Positions 18,307 to 29,000 of a stretch of 63,688 bases of DNA are shown here, piece by piece. Where the stretch lies: positions 1-63,688 of IMG/VR virus record IMGVR_UViG_3300036785_000484; one strand, given 5' to 3'. The translations under genes and the position numbers were made by a program. A model generated the notes under the pieces. That model had not been told where the DNA came from. It saw nothing but the letters and a program-made list of their open reading frames with translations, and did no database searches. How positions within the stretch are numbered: position 1 is the stretch's first letter; each line of letters opens with the position of its first letter. This stretch comes from a virus (lineage: Duplodnaviria > Caudoviricetes).

Positions 18307-18533
18307 TCCAATCCATCTGAAGCCGCCCCGGGTGAGTCCATCCCCGGGGCGGCTTCCTGTTCGGGCATATGCCGGTAGACCGACGAGGTACCCACTCGCC
18401 GGTAGTCATGCCAGGCGATGTGCCCATTCCGGGTCGCGATCACCAGGACTCTTGGCAGCGGGGTGTAATACTCGACACACCGGCCCGCCGCCGGACCGTC
18501 GGCCAGCTCGACCTGCTTGAGAGCGACCATCAT
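18279..18533 (-). CDS. hypothetical protein (LxDGPxxG family)
   Basis: ATGA-type coupling to the methyltransferase stop. Confidence 0.55.
   Translation of the reverse strand: MMVALKQVELADGPAAGRCVEYYTPLPRVLVIATRNGHIAWHDYRRVGTSSVYRHMPEQEAAPGMDSPGAASDGLDHRPLRRSS
18319..18361 (+). terminator. intrinsic terminator hairpin
   Basis: GAAGCCGCCCCGGG / CCCGGGGCGGCTTC 14-bp stem where convergent genes meet. Confidence 0.7.
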
Positions 18534-19264
18534 CGGAGCCGGAACACGGCGAGTTCATGCGGAAGCGCGATCACCCCGCCCGGCCCCGGGATCTCCTCGA
18601 TGGCGTCGATCTTCGTCATCGAGAACGGGGCCGCCTCCAAGTCGTGCGGGCGCTCGCAGTAGCCGAGCCACGCGAAGTTCTCCGGCTTATAGTCGAACTC
18701 GTTGCTCACCCCGGGATAGCTGGACGCCAGCAGGTAGGTGGCCCCGGAGTCGGCGAACTTCCGCAAAACCAGCTCGATGTGCTCGGTGGGGAGATGAGCC
18801 AGGAAGTCCCGGCAGAGGATCGCGTCCATCACCGGCAGCCGGGGCACGGTGAGAATGTTCCGGGCGAAAAAGAAACACCCGGCGGGGTCGTCGGGGGTGA
18901 CCGTGACCCGGGGTGTCCCGAACCCGTCCCGGTTCCGCTGGATCTGCTCGATGTCCACGTCCCAGCCGACGTAGATCATCCGGCCCAGGTTGACGTGCCG
19001 CATCCAGGTCCAGTCGCCGCAGGGGGCGTCGAGCAGCGAGCTGATCTGATGCCGGTCCAACAGCTCACGCAGATGAAGCACCAGCGGCTCAGTGCAGCCC
19101 AGGCTGCTCCCGGGGCCGTTCAGCGACCCGCCCGGCTGATTCTGAGCGGCCAGGATCGGGGCCACGTCCTCTTCCATGAACTCCCGGATATCCACCCAGG
19201 CCCGTGCCTGAGCGTTGACGAAGTCCGGTCCTTCCAGCTTCTCGACGTACTCACGAATCACCAT
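18530..19264 (-). CDS. class I SAM-dependent methyltransferase
   Basis: NGPGSS, SLLDAPCGDWTW, YVGWDVD, DAILCRDFLAHL, DLEAAPF; leaderless after TAGGAT. Confidence 0.85.
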   Translation of the reverse strand: MVIREYVEKLEGPDFVNAQARAWVDIREFMEEDVAPILAAQNQPGGSLNGPGSSLGCTEPLVLHLRELLDRHQISSLLDAPCGDWTWMRHVNLGRMIYVGWDVDIEQIQRNRDGFGTPRVTVTPDDPAGCFFFARNILTVPRLPVMDAILCRDFLAHLPTEHIELVLRKFADSGATYLLASSYPGVSNEFDYKPENFAWLGYCERPHDLEAAPFSMTKIDAIEEIPGPGGVIALPHELAVFRLR

Positions 19265-19464
19265 CGGCGAATCCTAAGCGTGTCGCGCCGGGATTCCGGG
19301 GAGGCACGGCCTTAGAGTGATCGCACGTCTAGCGGTCTTCCGAGGCAAAGGCTGCCGCCCGGCACGGGCGGAATCACTGGCCGACATGCCCTATTCGAGT
19401 CCCGGCACGGGCACCCTCTTCCACCGTGCCCTCATGGCACTCGAAAACGAAGGACGCTCAAATC

Positions 19465-20931
19465 ATGACCGTAACCACCCTCGATCCGCTGAACCCGAAC
19501 GGTTCCGAGCGGATGGAGCCAGCCGGTGGGCTGGATGTCTATCTCGGGCAGCTGCTGAAGCGGCACACCAAACTGGTCCGCGACCGCGACGAGCTGAAGG
19601 CCAAAGCCGAGGCCGTGCTCATGGAAGCACGCGGCGCGGGCCGGGACGTGTTGGAGGCCGAGGAGGACAAGGACCTCCGTGGCTACATGACCAACATGGC
19701 GAAGATCGGCGACGAGCTGAGCGGCCTGGAGGAGCGGATCGAGCAGACCCGCGCCGAGGTCGAACGCTCCGGCACGATCAGCAAGGGCCTGGCCCGTATC
19801 CGCGCGGCCGGGGACCTGATCACCCGCGTCAAGGAGCAGTCCACCTATCCGCAGCCCAGCCGGAGTAACCCGGCGCACGTGTCCTACCTGCAGGACCTCA
19901 TCAAATACTCGATGAACCTGGACACCACGGGTCAAGCCCGTGACCGGCTGTTCCGGCACGCCCAGGATGTGATGACCGACGACGCGTACAAGGAGTTCCG
20001 GGACCTCTCCCGGGTCGACGGCTCCGGCGGCTACGCGGTCCCCCCGGCCTGGCTGATGTCCCAGTACATTGAGCTGGCCCGCCCGGGTCGCGCCATCGCG
20101 AACCTTGTGCAGCGTCAGCCGCTGCCCGGCGGGACGGACAGCATCAACATCCCGAAGCTGCTCTCCGGTTCCCAGACGGCGGTGCAGCAGCACGACAACG
20201 ACCCGGTGACGGACGTGGACATCACGGACACGTTCATCAACGCGCCGGTCAGGACCATCGCCGGTCAGCAGGGCCTCGCGATCCAGCTGATCGACCAATC
20301 CCCGATCGCTTTCGACGACGTCGTGTTCCGCGACCTGGTCGCCGACCACGCCAGCAGGACGGACGCGCAGGTCATCTCCGGGACGGGTGTGTCAGGCCAG
20401 ATCCTCGGCATCCTGCAGACCCCGAACATCGGTTCGGTGGCGGCGACGACGGTGGACATCAAGGGGTTCTACTCCGCGATCGCCAACGCCATCCAGACCG
20501 TGCACACCACCCGCTTCCAGCCGCCCGAAGTGATCGTCATGCACCCCCGACGGTGGGGCTGGTTCACCAGCCTGCTGGACGGGAACCAGCGCCCGCTGGT
20601 GCTACCCATCGCGGGTGGGCCGTTCAACGTCGCCGGTCTACTGGAGGCCGTCGACAGCCAGCAACGGGTCGGCCAGATTCAGGGCCTGCCTGTGGTCACC
20701 GACCCGAACCTGCCCACCACGGGCGGCGCGGGCACGGAGGACCCGGTCCTGGTGATGCGCGCCTCCGACATCGTGTTGTGGGAGGGCGGTATCCGTTCCC
20801 GGGTGCTGCCGGAGACGAAGGCCGCGAACCTGACGGTCCTGCTGCAGATCTACAACTACCTGGCTTTCAGCGCTGCCCGCTACCCGGCGAGCATCGTGCA
20901 GGTCACGGGCCTCACCGCCCCCGTCTGGTGA
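19465..20931 (+). CDS. major capsid protein (HK97 fold, N-terminal coiled-coil delta domain)
   Basis: Coiled-coil N-terminus, GGYAVPP, SGTG, VMHP, IQGLPVVTD; RBS GAAGGA. Confidence 0.93.
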   Translation: MTVTTLDPLNPNGSERMEPAGGLDVYLGQLLKRHTKLVRDRDELKAKAEAVLMEARGAGRDVLEAEEDKDLRGYMTNMAKIGDELSGLEERIEQTRAEVERSGTISKGLARIRAAGDLITRVKEQSTYPQPSRSNPAHVSYLQDLIKYSMNLDTTGQARDRLFRHAQDVMTDDAYKEFRDLSRVDGSGGYAVPPAWLMSQYIELARPGRAIANLVQRQPLPGGTDSINIPKLLSGSQTAVQQHDNDPVTDVDITDTFINAPVRTIAGQQGLAIQLIDQSPIAFDDVVFRDLVADHASRTDAQVISGTGVSGQILGILQTPNIGSVAATTVDIKGFYSAIANAIQTVHTTRFQPPEVIVMHPRRWGWFTSLLDGNQRPLVLPIAGGPFNVAGLLEAVDSQQRVGQIQGLPVVTDPNLPTTGGAGTEDPVLVMRASDIVLWEGGIRSRVLPETKAANLTVLLQIYNYLAFSAARYPASIVQVTGLTAPVW

Positions 20932-20951
20932 GCTAAGCCGAACGAGAAAGG

Positions 20952-20987
20952 GGCACCGGCCAGCGATCCTGGCCGGTGCCTTTCGTT
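20952..20987 (+). terminator. bidirectional intrinsic terminator after the capsid gene
   Basis: GGCACCGGCCAG-N5-CTGGCCGGTGCC followed by TTTCGTT, with GAAA on the 5' side. Confidence 0.85.
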
Positions 20988-20991
20988 GCGC

Positions 20992-21654
20992 CTACTGAGG
21001 AGTCCCTGACACCAGCTGACCGAGGAAGGTGACCTCGCACAGGTCCGGGCTCACGGCGGGTATCACCCGGTACGTCCACTCCGAGCCGGTCGAGTCCCTG
21101 ACCGTGAGGAGTAGCTCACCGAAGCCGGTCAGGACACTCGTCGCCTGGATCGGCCCGGAAGGCGAGTCACCCTCGGTCACGGTGGAGATGGTGATGGTGC
21201 CGTCGCCGCCGAGCATGTTGGTGTATGTCATCGGCGGCAGGTTCTGGTTCCCCAGTTCGGACTGGAACGAGCAGACGTAGCCCCAGTTGCCGTCCTTGGT
21301 CACCAGCACGTTACCCAGGCCGACCGTGGGTAATACTTCCAGCGCCCGCTGTACGTCCCCGGCGGCGGGGTGGTGGTTGATGTTGTCGGTGTCCGCGCCG
21401 TTGAAGTTCAGCCGGAAGCTGCCTGAGCCGGGGCTGCCGCCGATGTCGACCCGCTGAACCTCATTGACGCCGGTGGTGGGATTGATTCCCGCTCCGACGC
21501 TCATCAGATCCTCGATCCGGGCACTGACCAGCGTGATCACACCCGTCATCCCTTCGAGGATGCCGCCGTTGTTCACTGGCCGGGCCGGTGCTCCGAGCCC
21601 GCAGATCAGGGAACCGTCCGGGGCGGTGACGAGCACGTGAATCTCACCAGTCAT
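20992..21654 (-). CDS. virion-decoration-like protein (antisense)
   Basis: NEVQRVDIGGSPGSGSFRLNFNGADT...AGDVQRALEVL resembles a module found on actinophage structural proteins; leaderless after TGCGACGAT. Confidence 0.65.
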   Translation of the reverse strand: MTGEIHVLVTAPDGSLICGLGAPARPVNNGGILEGMTGVITLVSARIEDLMSVGAGINPTTGVNEVQRVDIGGSPGSGSFRLNFNGADTDNINHHPAAGDVQRALEVLPTVGLGNVLVTKDGNWGYVCSFQSELGNQNLPPMTYTNMLGGDGTITISTVTEGDSPSGPIQATSVLTGFGELLLTVRDSTGSEWTYRVIPAVSPDLCEVTFLGQLVSGTPQ

Positions 21655-21733
21655 GGCGTCATCGTCGCATCCGTCGGCCGACATGCCGTGACGGCGCGCG
21701 GTCCGTGACGGCCCCGGGCCTTACCATCACCGC

Positions 21734-22231
21734 ATGGCACTCTCACGTAGCACCTTCCCGCCCCACGAGCTGACCGACGATGAGCGGGCCGCCACCGTCG
21801 GTCGATACGACCCCGACACGACCGCCGTGCCCGACCCGACCGGTCCGGGTGGCAGGCAGCGCCGGAACCCGCCACCGCCGGGGGGCAGCCACTACGTCCG
21901 GGACGAGGCGAGGGACCGGGCCGAGTCGATCCGGACAGCGGTGGCGCAGTACGAGGCGGTGGGTGCCGAAGTGCCCGACCATTTAGCGTCGCTGGCCGCC
22001 GAGCTCCCCGAGCCGGAACCCGAGCCCGAGGAGGAGCCCGAGGGGGCCGAGGCCGGGGCCGAGGAAGCCGAGACGGAGACCGAGACGGAGCCGAACGGCG
22101 ACGAGGAGGACTCCTGGGAGGATCTGACCGTGGCCGAGCTGCGCACCGAGCTGGACTCGATGGGTATCGAGGTCCCGCCGCACGCCAAGAAGGCCGACCT
22201 GATCGAACTGATCGTCAACGCGGCGGAGTAG
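21734..22231 (+). CDS. acidic protein with C-terminal Rho-N/HeH-like domain
   Basis: LTVAELRTELDSMGIEVPPHAKKADLIELI. Confidence 0.75.
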   Translation: MALSRSTFPPHELTDDERAATVGRYDPDTTAVPDPTGPGGRQRRNPPPPGGSHYVRDEARDRAESIRTAVAQYEAVGAEVPDHLASLAAELPEPEPEPEEEPEGAEAGAEEAETETETEPNGDEEDSWEDLTVAELRTELDSMGIEVPPHAKKADLIELIVNAAE

Positions 22232-22234
22232 CTG

Positions 22235-22870
22235 ATGAACGCCAAGGCCATCCCGGACCTGATCGGCGTCACCGACCCGGACTGGCAGTCGTTTCTTACC
22301 AGCGACCCCGCCTACTACCTTCGGGTGGCCGGGGCCGCGATCCGGAAATACTGCGGCTGGCATCTCTGGCCGTCGATGACGGTCACCAAAACCAAGCTGA
22401 TGACCGGCTCGGATGGGATCGTCATGCTGCCCTCGCGCTACGTGACCGATGTCAGCCAGGTGGTGATGGAGAACCGCGACCCCGGGCTGGACCCGGTGAC
22501 GCTCGACCCGGACTCGTACAAGTGGTTCGAGCCGGGCTGGGTGCAGTGGATCGGGTCGGGGTGCGGCTGGGGCTGGGGCTGGCCCGGCGCGTACTACTAC
22601 GGCCCCGACACCCCCTACTACCTCCCGGTGACGAACTACGGGCTGGCGGACGTGACGTTCACGCACGGCTACGACGAGCTGCCCGACGATATCAAGCAGG
22701 TCGCGTTCGAGCTGACGAAAGGCATCCTGACGATCGGCCCCGGGGTGACGAACGTCAAGGAGGTGCAGTCCCCCCAGTACAAGACGGTGTTCGGGCAGGC
22801 GTCCGGGCTCACCCTGAACGATCAGCAGAAGGGCCGACTGGCCAACTACCGGATCGGCCGGTTCGCATGA
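22235..22870 (+). CDS. head-to-tail adaptor
   Basis: AIRKYCGWH, LPSRYVTDV, VTFTHGYDELPDD; synteny. Confidence 0.85.
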   Translation: MNAKAIPDLIGVTDPDWQSFLTSDPAYYLRVAGAAIRKYCGWHLWPSMTVTKTKLMTGSDGIVMLPSRYVTDVSQVVMENRDPGLDPVTLDPDSYKWFEPGWVQWIGSGCGWGWGWPGAYYYGPDTPYYLPVTNYGLADVTFTHGYDELPDDIKQVAFELTKGILTIGPGVTNVKEVQSPQYKTVFGQASGLTLNDQQKGRLANYRIGRFA

Positions 22871-22886
22871 GCATCAAGCTGGCCTG

Positions 22887-23297
22887 ATGTCCCTGTTCGC
22901 CGAGCCGTTCACGGTCTGTCACATCCCGCGCCGGATCGACGTGACCACCACCGACCGGAACGGTAACCACCCTCTGCGCCCGCTGCCCCCGGTGAACCGG
23001 ACCTGCCAGTCGCTGACCCAGTTCGGTCGGCGCGGATCGTCTCATTCGATCATGAGCATCGAGTACGCCCAACGGGTGGAGACGACCATCCACATGGCCT
23101 GCTCCGATGTGACCCCCTACCAGGATCAGGACCAGGTGCAGTGCTTCGGGACGGTGGACGACACCGGCAACTATGTCGGCGGGATCGCGTACGTGGTGGA
23201 CGGTGACCCCGCCGACGACACCCACGGTCCGCTAGGCCAAAGCGTGTACCGGACGCTGGGCTTCGGTGGAACCGTCAAGCTAAGGCGGGTGAGCTGA
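22887..23297 (+). CDS. head-to-tail stopper
   Basis: Synteny; YVVDGDP...VKLRRV. Confidence 0.7.
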   Translation: MSLFAEPFTVCHIPRRIDVTTTDRNGNHPLRPLPPVNRTCQSLTQFGRRGSSHSIMSIEYAQRVETTIHMACSDVTPYQDQDQVQCFGTVDDTGNYVGGIAYVVDGDPADDTHGPLGQSVYRTLGFGGTVKLRRVS

Positions 23298-23830
23298 TGG
23301 CGTTCGTGGAGGTCGGCGTCGAAGCCGTCGAAGCCGTCGAAGGAACCGAGGCGGCGAGTGCCACCGAGGCCGGTTCGGCCGCCGAGGAGCTGGACGAGAA
23401 CGCCCCGTCCGGGGAGCACAACCTGGGCAACGGGAACTCGATGCACCTCTCGGAGGCGCAGTTCAAGGCGCTGCTGCACTCGCAGGCGGCGGTCGCGGCG
23501 GTGATGGACCGGGCCGGGAAGTGCGCTGACATCGCGAACTCGCTGGCGATCACGACCGGGGCCCGGTACGCGGTGAGCCTGCAGAATAAGCCGGACCGGT
23601 CCCGGACGCGGGCGGCGGTGTACGCCGCGAACTTCAAAGCTGTGATTGACGAGCTGTATCACTCCACCCTGCTGAAGGCGGCGGCGCAGACCGGGAGTGA
23701 TCCCCGGCAGACCTCGGAAAGCCACGAGGGTGAACACCCGCACGGTGAGGAGCACGAAGCCCCGGTCAAGGGTGCGGCGGAAGCCGAGAGCACCGCTGAA
23801 GCCGCCGAGTCCACCCTGGGGGAGCTGTGA
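23297..23830 (+). CDS. neck-region protein (HK97 gp10-like position)
   Basis: Synteny; RTRAAV...TLLKA. Confidence 0.65.
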   Translation: MAFVEVGVEAVEAVEGTEAASATEAGSAAEELDENAPSGEHNLGNGNSMHLSEAQFKALLHSQAAVAAVMDRAGKCADIANSLAITTGARYAVSLQNKPDRSRTRAAVYAANFKAVIDELYHSTLLKAAAQTGSDPRQTSESHEGEHPHGEEHEAPVKGAAEAESTAEAAESTLGEL

Positions 23831-24390
23831 CCCGGCCGTTCCCCACCGTGCTGCCGCCGCCGATGGCCGGGCTGCTGGTCAGCTACCTGACACCCCTGCT
23901 GGCCCCGGCCCCGGTCACCACCCGGCGGCCTCACCCACTACCCGGCGACGATGTCGCCTACCCGGACGGGTATGTGCGGGTGGAGACGGCGGGCGGCACC
24001 TGGATGGCCCGCTCCGAAATTTTCTTCGACGCCAGCGCGATCATCCACAGCTACGTCGACTACGGGCACGAACCGCAGGGTGAGGACCTCTGCAACCGTG
24101 CCCTGGCCTGGGGCGGGAACTCGCAAGGCCTGACCCTCCCGCTCACCGACACGTTCGACGGGATCACCTACGACTGGTATGTCACCTACTCCCGGATCAC
24201 CGCGCTGTGCACCGAGCATTCCGACCCGCTGGTGCGTTTGACCCGGTACCGGGGAATGGTGACCTGGAGGTGCGCCGCCATCGGTCTGCCTGAGCCGACA
24301 CCCGTTACAGCTGTTCATGTTCATGAGAAGACCGACCAGCCCGCACGACGGGTCAGGCGAGGGGTCAAAGTCAAAGTAGAGAGAGGATGA
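23827..24390 (+). CDS. tail terminator
   Basis: VRVETAGG, DPLVRLTRY; immediately precedes the tail tube gene. Confidence 0.7.
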   Translation: MTRPFPTVLPPPMAGLLVSYLTPLLAPAPVTTRRPHPLPGDDVAYPDGYVRVETAGGTWMARSEIFFDASAIIHSYVDYGHEPQGEDLCNRALAWGGNSQGLTLPLTDTFDGITYDWYVTYSRITALCTEHSDPLVRLTRYRGMVTWRCAAIGLPEPTPVTAVHVHEKTDQPARRVRRGVKVKVERG

Positions 24391-24465
24391 CGCCGCGTGT
24401 CGCGGCTCGATTCTTCACGGAATGATGCGACGCTATCCCCGGATCGATCCCACCAGGAGGAGTAA

Positions 24466-25113
24466 ATGACCACCGCAGCCCCCCCGACCGTCATCGCGGA
24501 AGTCGCGGAACTCGCGGCACCCTCGCCCCGGGTCACCGGCGGTGTCCTGTTCAACCTCAACCTCGCTGTCACGCTGCCGCAGAGCGCGAAAGACCCGCTC
24601 GACCCGACGTTCACCACCCTCGGCCGGGTGTCGTCCGACGGCGTCGACCGCACGGAGGAACGCGGGAACGTCGAGGTCCAGGACTGGGGTGGGAATCTTG
24701 TGGCCGTGCTGCAGGACAAGTACGGGTTGACCATCAAGTTCAAGCTGCTGCAGTCGATGAACGCCGACGTGCAGAAGGCGGCGCACGGCCACAACAACGT
24801 GACCGTGACCCCACCGACCACGACCACCGGCACTGAGATCGCCGCCAAGCTGAACCAGACCCTGCTCGACAACGGCGTCTGGGTGTTCGACGGCTTCTAC
24901 GGGAAGATCCTCATGCGGCTGGTCATCCCCTACGCGCGCATCACCCTGGTCGGGCCGATGAAGTGGACCCACAAGGAACTGGTCATGTACGACATGACCC
25001 TCAAGCCGCTCCCCGACAACGCCAACAACCACGGCTACCAGTACTGGAACGACGGCGTCACCACGCTCGGCTACTCCGTCACCCAGGGTGCAGTGGTCAA
25101 AAAGGCCGCATAG
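24466..25113 (+). CDS. major tail (tube) protein
   Basis: LGRVSSDGV, DWGG, RLVIP; strong RBS AGGAGGAG. Confidence 0.85.
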   Translation: MTTAAPPTVIAEVAELAAPSPRVTGGVLFNLNLAVTLPQSAKDPLDPTFTTLGRVSSDGVDRTEERGNVEVQDWGGNLVAVLQDKYGLTIKFKLLQSMNADVQKAAHGHNNVTVTPPTTTTGTEIAAKLNQTLLDNGVWVFDGFYGKILMRLVIPYARITLVGPMKWTHKELVMYDMTLKPLPDNANNHGYQYWNDGVTTLGYSVTQGAVVKKAA

Positions 25114-25116
25114 CCC

Positions 25117-25590
25117 GTGACCACCACCGCCACGAAGCGGAAGACGACCGCGCGTAAGCCCGCGAAGGCCCGCGCGTCGAACGGCCAGACCAACGGGCAT
25201 GCGAATGTGCCGGTGGTCCGACCGCCGGAGGAGCACGTCCCCCGGGAGCCAGAAACCGAACCTGCAGCGTCGGCCCCAGCTCCCGGGGTGATCCCGGATC
25301 ACCCGTACGGCGACCGGATGATTCAGGTGTTCTTCCCCTCCGAGGGTGAGCCGATCGTCGTCCCGCACATCTCGACCGTGCAGGTCACGGAGCTGTTCCT
25401 GTGGGAGAACCACCGGCAGGGACTCGACCTTATGCAGCAGTCCTGGCGGTGGATGGACCTGGCCGAGATCCCCGATGTCGTTCAGCGTCAGGTGGTGGCG
25501 TTGGAGAGGACCGACAAGAAAATGTTCTGGGAGCAGTGGTTCGCCGGGTACAGCCCGCCCGCCACCGGGGAGCCACCGGGGGAATCGTGA
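25117..25590 (+). CDS. tail assembly chaperone (G)
   Basis: Between the tail tube and tape measure genes; ends at the slippery site. Confidence 0.85.
   Translation: MTTTATKRKTTARKPAKARASNGQTNGHANVPVVRPPEEHVPREPETEPAASAPAPGVIPDHPYGDRMIQVFFPSEGEPIVVPHISTVQVTELFLWENHRQGLDLMQQSWRWMDLAEIPDVVQRQVVALERTDKKMFWEQWFAGYSPPATGEPPGES
25578..25584 (+). other. -1 programmed frameshift site G GGG GAA
   Basis: The -1 frame is open to TGA at 26012. Confidence 0.85.
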
Positions 25591-26012
25591 TGGTGGGGCG
25601 GGTGATCTGCGAGCACCGCCACGCCCTAGTCCGAGACCTGCTCGCGATGGGCTTCCGGGCGCATGACCTGTTCACCCCCAAGCTGTCGTTCTATGAGCTG
25701 ACCTGCATCATCGTCGCCGCCCCACCGACCAGCTCGGTCCGGTACTTCCTCGACGGCGGGTGGAGCAAGGAAGCCCAGCTGCTGGCTAACCAGCAGGAAT
25801 ACATGGCCGGGTTCGCTAAGCTGGCGCACCCCTACGACCGGCCCGGCCAGATCCTCGGCAGCGGCGACCCGGATCAGCGCACCGCCGCGAACCCGTTCGG
25901 GTCGGGCATCTTCAAAGCCGACGCGTACACGTGGGACGAGTTCACCGCCCTGGAACGGGAGCGGTACGCCAACGCCCAGTACACCCCGACCGCCGGGGCC
26001 AGGAGGATCTGA
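25578..26012 (+). CDS. tail assembly chaperone frameshift extension (GT)
   Basis: HALVRDLLAMG...AAPPTS...GWSKEAQLLA. Confidence 0.8.
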   Translation, partial: GGIVMVGRVICEHRHALVRDLLAMGFRAHDLFTPKLSFYELTCIIVAAPPTSSVRYFLDGGWSKEAQLLANQQEYMAGFAKLAHPYDRPGQILGSGDPDQRTAANPFGSGIFKADAYTWDEFTALERERYANAQYTPTAGARRI

Positions 26013-29000
26013 TGACCGCCGCCCTGGGGGAAGCTGCCGGAGGGTTCGACCTCACCAGCCTGTTCGTCTCCGTCGTCCCGTCCTTCTCCGGGATGGCCGA
26101 CGCGATGAAGGAAGCCGGTGGAGCCGGGGCTGAGGGCTTCCAGGAGGGCTTCAAGGATTCGTTCCACCCGTTCGAGAACGCGTCGAGTGTCATCTCGGAG
26201 AGCACCAACATGTTCGCCAAGGTCGGCGGGGAAGCGGCTGAGGCGTTCGCCGGGGCGTTCTCCTCGCTGATGAAAGGCCAAATGCCGGACCTGGTCAGCG
26301 GTTTCAATGTGGCCGAGGACGCCGTGAAGGAGTTCGTGGGCAACACGGTGGGCGAGATCCCGCTGATCGGGGGCATCTTCGAGAAGACGTTCGGCGGGAT
26401 CATGGACACCATCGACGCGTTCAAAGGACCCGCCGGGGAGTTCATCGACACGCTGATGCAGATGGGTGAGGGCTGGCAGGAGACGGCCCGGACCATCGCC
26501 GGTCAAACACTGGACACGGGGAAGATCCCGGAGCTGATGGACATCGTGAAGCAGCTCGGGGCCGAGGGTGTCCCGAACCTGGAAGTGGTGAGCAAATCCA
26601 TCGGTCAGATCTCCACCCGGCTCGGCGAGCTGAACCCGGAGCAGCTGAAGGAGTTCATGAAAACCTACGCCGGGTTCAGCGAGCTACTGGGCACCGCGCC
26701 CAGCGCCGAGACCCTGACCGGGGTGATGAACGCGTTCAAAGTGCCCACCGAGGACGCGAATAAGGCACTCACCGAGCTCGGTAACACCGCGATCGCGGCG
26801 GGGATACCCATCAATGAGCTGCTGATGCAGATGGGGCGCGGCGATGTCGGGCTGGCGGCGTTCGGTTTCAACATCCAGCAGGCCGGGACGATGCTGGCGT
26901 CGATGAACAAGGAGGGTATCCAGGGCGGACGGATGCTTGCCGCGTTCCAGACGGCGGGGGCGAAGTTCGCCAAGGAGGGGCTCACGCCGAAGGAGGGCTT
27001 CAAAGACCTGGTCGACACCATCAAGAACGACATCGCGAAGGGCACCGACGCGGGCGGCACGGAGGCCCTTCTACTCCTCAAAAAGTATTTCGGCGCGGCT
27101 AACGCCGAAAAGATCTTCGAGGGCATCAAGCAGCATCTCATCGACCTGCCCGACCTGATCAAGCCGCTAGAGGACTTGGATCAGGGGCCGGAGAAGGCGC
27201 TCTCCGCGACCGAAACCCTGGAAGACAAGCTCAAGTCGCTGAAAGCTGTTCTTGACTCGGCGCTGGAACCGCTCACCAAAGGGATGGCCGACAAGCTGAC
27301 CGAGGTCGGCACCAGGGTTTCAACGTGGATTCAGACTCACCAGGGGGAGATCCTCGGCGCGGTGAAAACCGTCCTCGACCAGATCGTGTCGTGGACGTCC
27401 ACCTCGCTGGACATCATGGGGCACGCCGTGCTCGGGGTCGCGCCCTACCTGAATGTGATCAAGAGCATCATGGTCGACATCGGCAAGATCATGGTCGACA
27501 TGCTTGAAACCCTGACCACGGTCGGGGCGGCGGTGCACCTACCCGGGATGGCGGACGCGAAGCGGTCCGTGGACGAGATGCACGGCGCGCTGGACCGGCT
27601 CGGGAATCTGGATATCACCAAGTTCTCGACTCAGTTCGGCAACGACATGCTCTGGGCGCGGGGCCAGGTGAACAAGGCCGGGGAGGGGCTGGATGGTCTG
27701 CTGAACCCGATGATCGCCGCCGGGAACATCTCGGACGCGTTCAAGATGAACATCACCGACGCGAAAACCGGGGTTGAGGGCGTCAAGGACATGTTCGAGA
27801 AGACCGCCGAGGGCGGCCTGAAGATCCTCGGCGACGACAACCAGTACGAGATGATCACCGCCAAGCTGCGGAAGCTCGGCATCGACGTGACCACCGGCCC
27901 GGACGGGGTCGTCACCAAGATCACGGCGGGCAACCAGCTGATCGGGAAGCAGTTCGGCGACTGGTACAAGCAGGCCACCGGGAAGGATCTGACAGTCAAG
28001 GTCGAGGTCAAGCCCCATGAGAAGCAGACCCTCGATGACCTGATGACCGGGGCTGGGGTGCCGGATGCGAACAAAGGGCCGGAAGGGGTGAAGCTGCCGT
28101 TCACACTGTTCATGGACCCCAACCAGGCGTCGGGTGGGCTCGGCACACTCGTCCCGGGCGGGCTCGGCTCGCTGGAAGTCGGCGGGGGAGGGAGCACCGG
28201 ACTCCCGGGCAGCCCCGGAACGGGTTTCCAGGCGGGCGGGGAGGTGAAAGGGGCGGTTCAAAAGGCGATGATCGACTCCGGGTTCTCCGCCGCCGACTGG
28301 CCCGCCATCGACTACATCATCAGCCATGAATCCTCCTGGGACCCGACCTCGCAGAACAACTACGACATCAACGCGAAGCAGGGCAACCCGTCGCGGGGTT
28401 TGGGTCAGCTGACCCTGTCGAACTACCGGGCCGCCGGGGTCGACCCGCACACCAACGACCCGTACCTGCAGGGCATGGCGATGATGAGCTACATCAAAGG
28501 CCGGTACGGCTCCCCGTCCGCCGCCTACGCGCACTGGGTCGCCAACCACAACTACGCGGGCGGCGGGCCGAACATGGGTAAGTTCTCCACGATGGGCCAG
28601 CCTGTCCCCGGGGAATGGCAGCCGGGCCGGGACACGGTGCACGGGGTCCTCGAAGTCGGCGAGTACGTCGTGCGCCGCGATAAGGCTCAGAAGCACAAGA
28701 AGCTGCTCGACGCCGTCAACTTCGGTGGGATGGGATTCGTCACGGGCGGCAATGTGCCGTTCCCGAACGACGGCAGCCCCGGCAGCCCGGACTACGGGGT
28801 GTCCCCCGAAATCCTTCAGGTCGAGCAGATCGCCCGGAACTTCAACCTGCCCCTGACCTCCGGCTATCGCGATCCGGGCGGACCGGCGGTGGCCGGGGTC
28901 AGCGCCGCGAAGTCGTATCACGGTCGGGGGATGGCGGGCGACTTCTCCGACGGCGACAAGACCGAGAACGAACTGAGGTTCGCGGCCTACATGTACCAGA

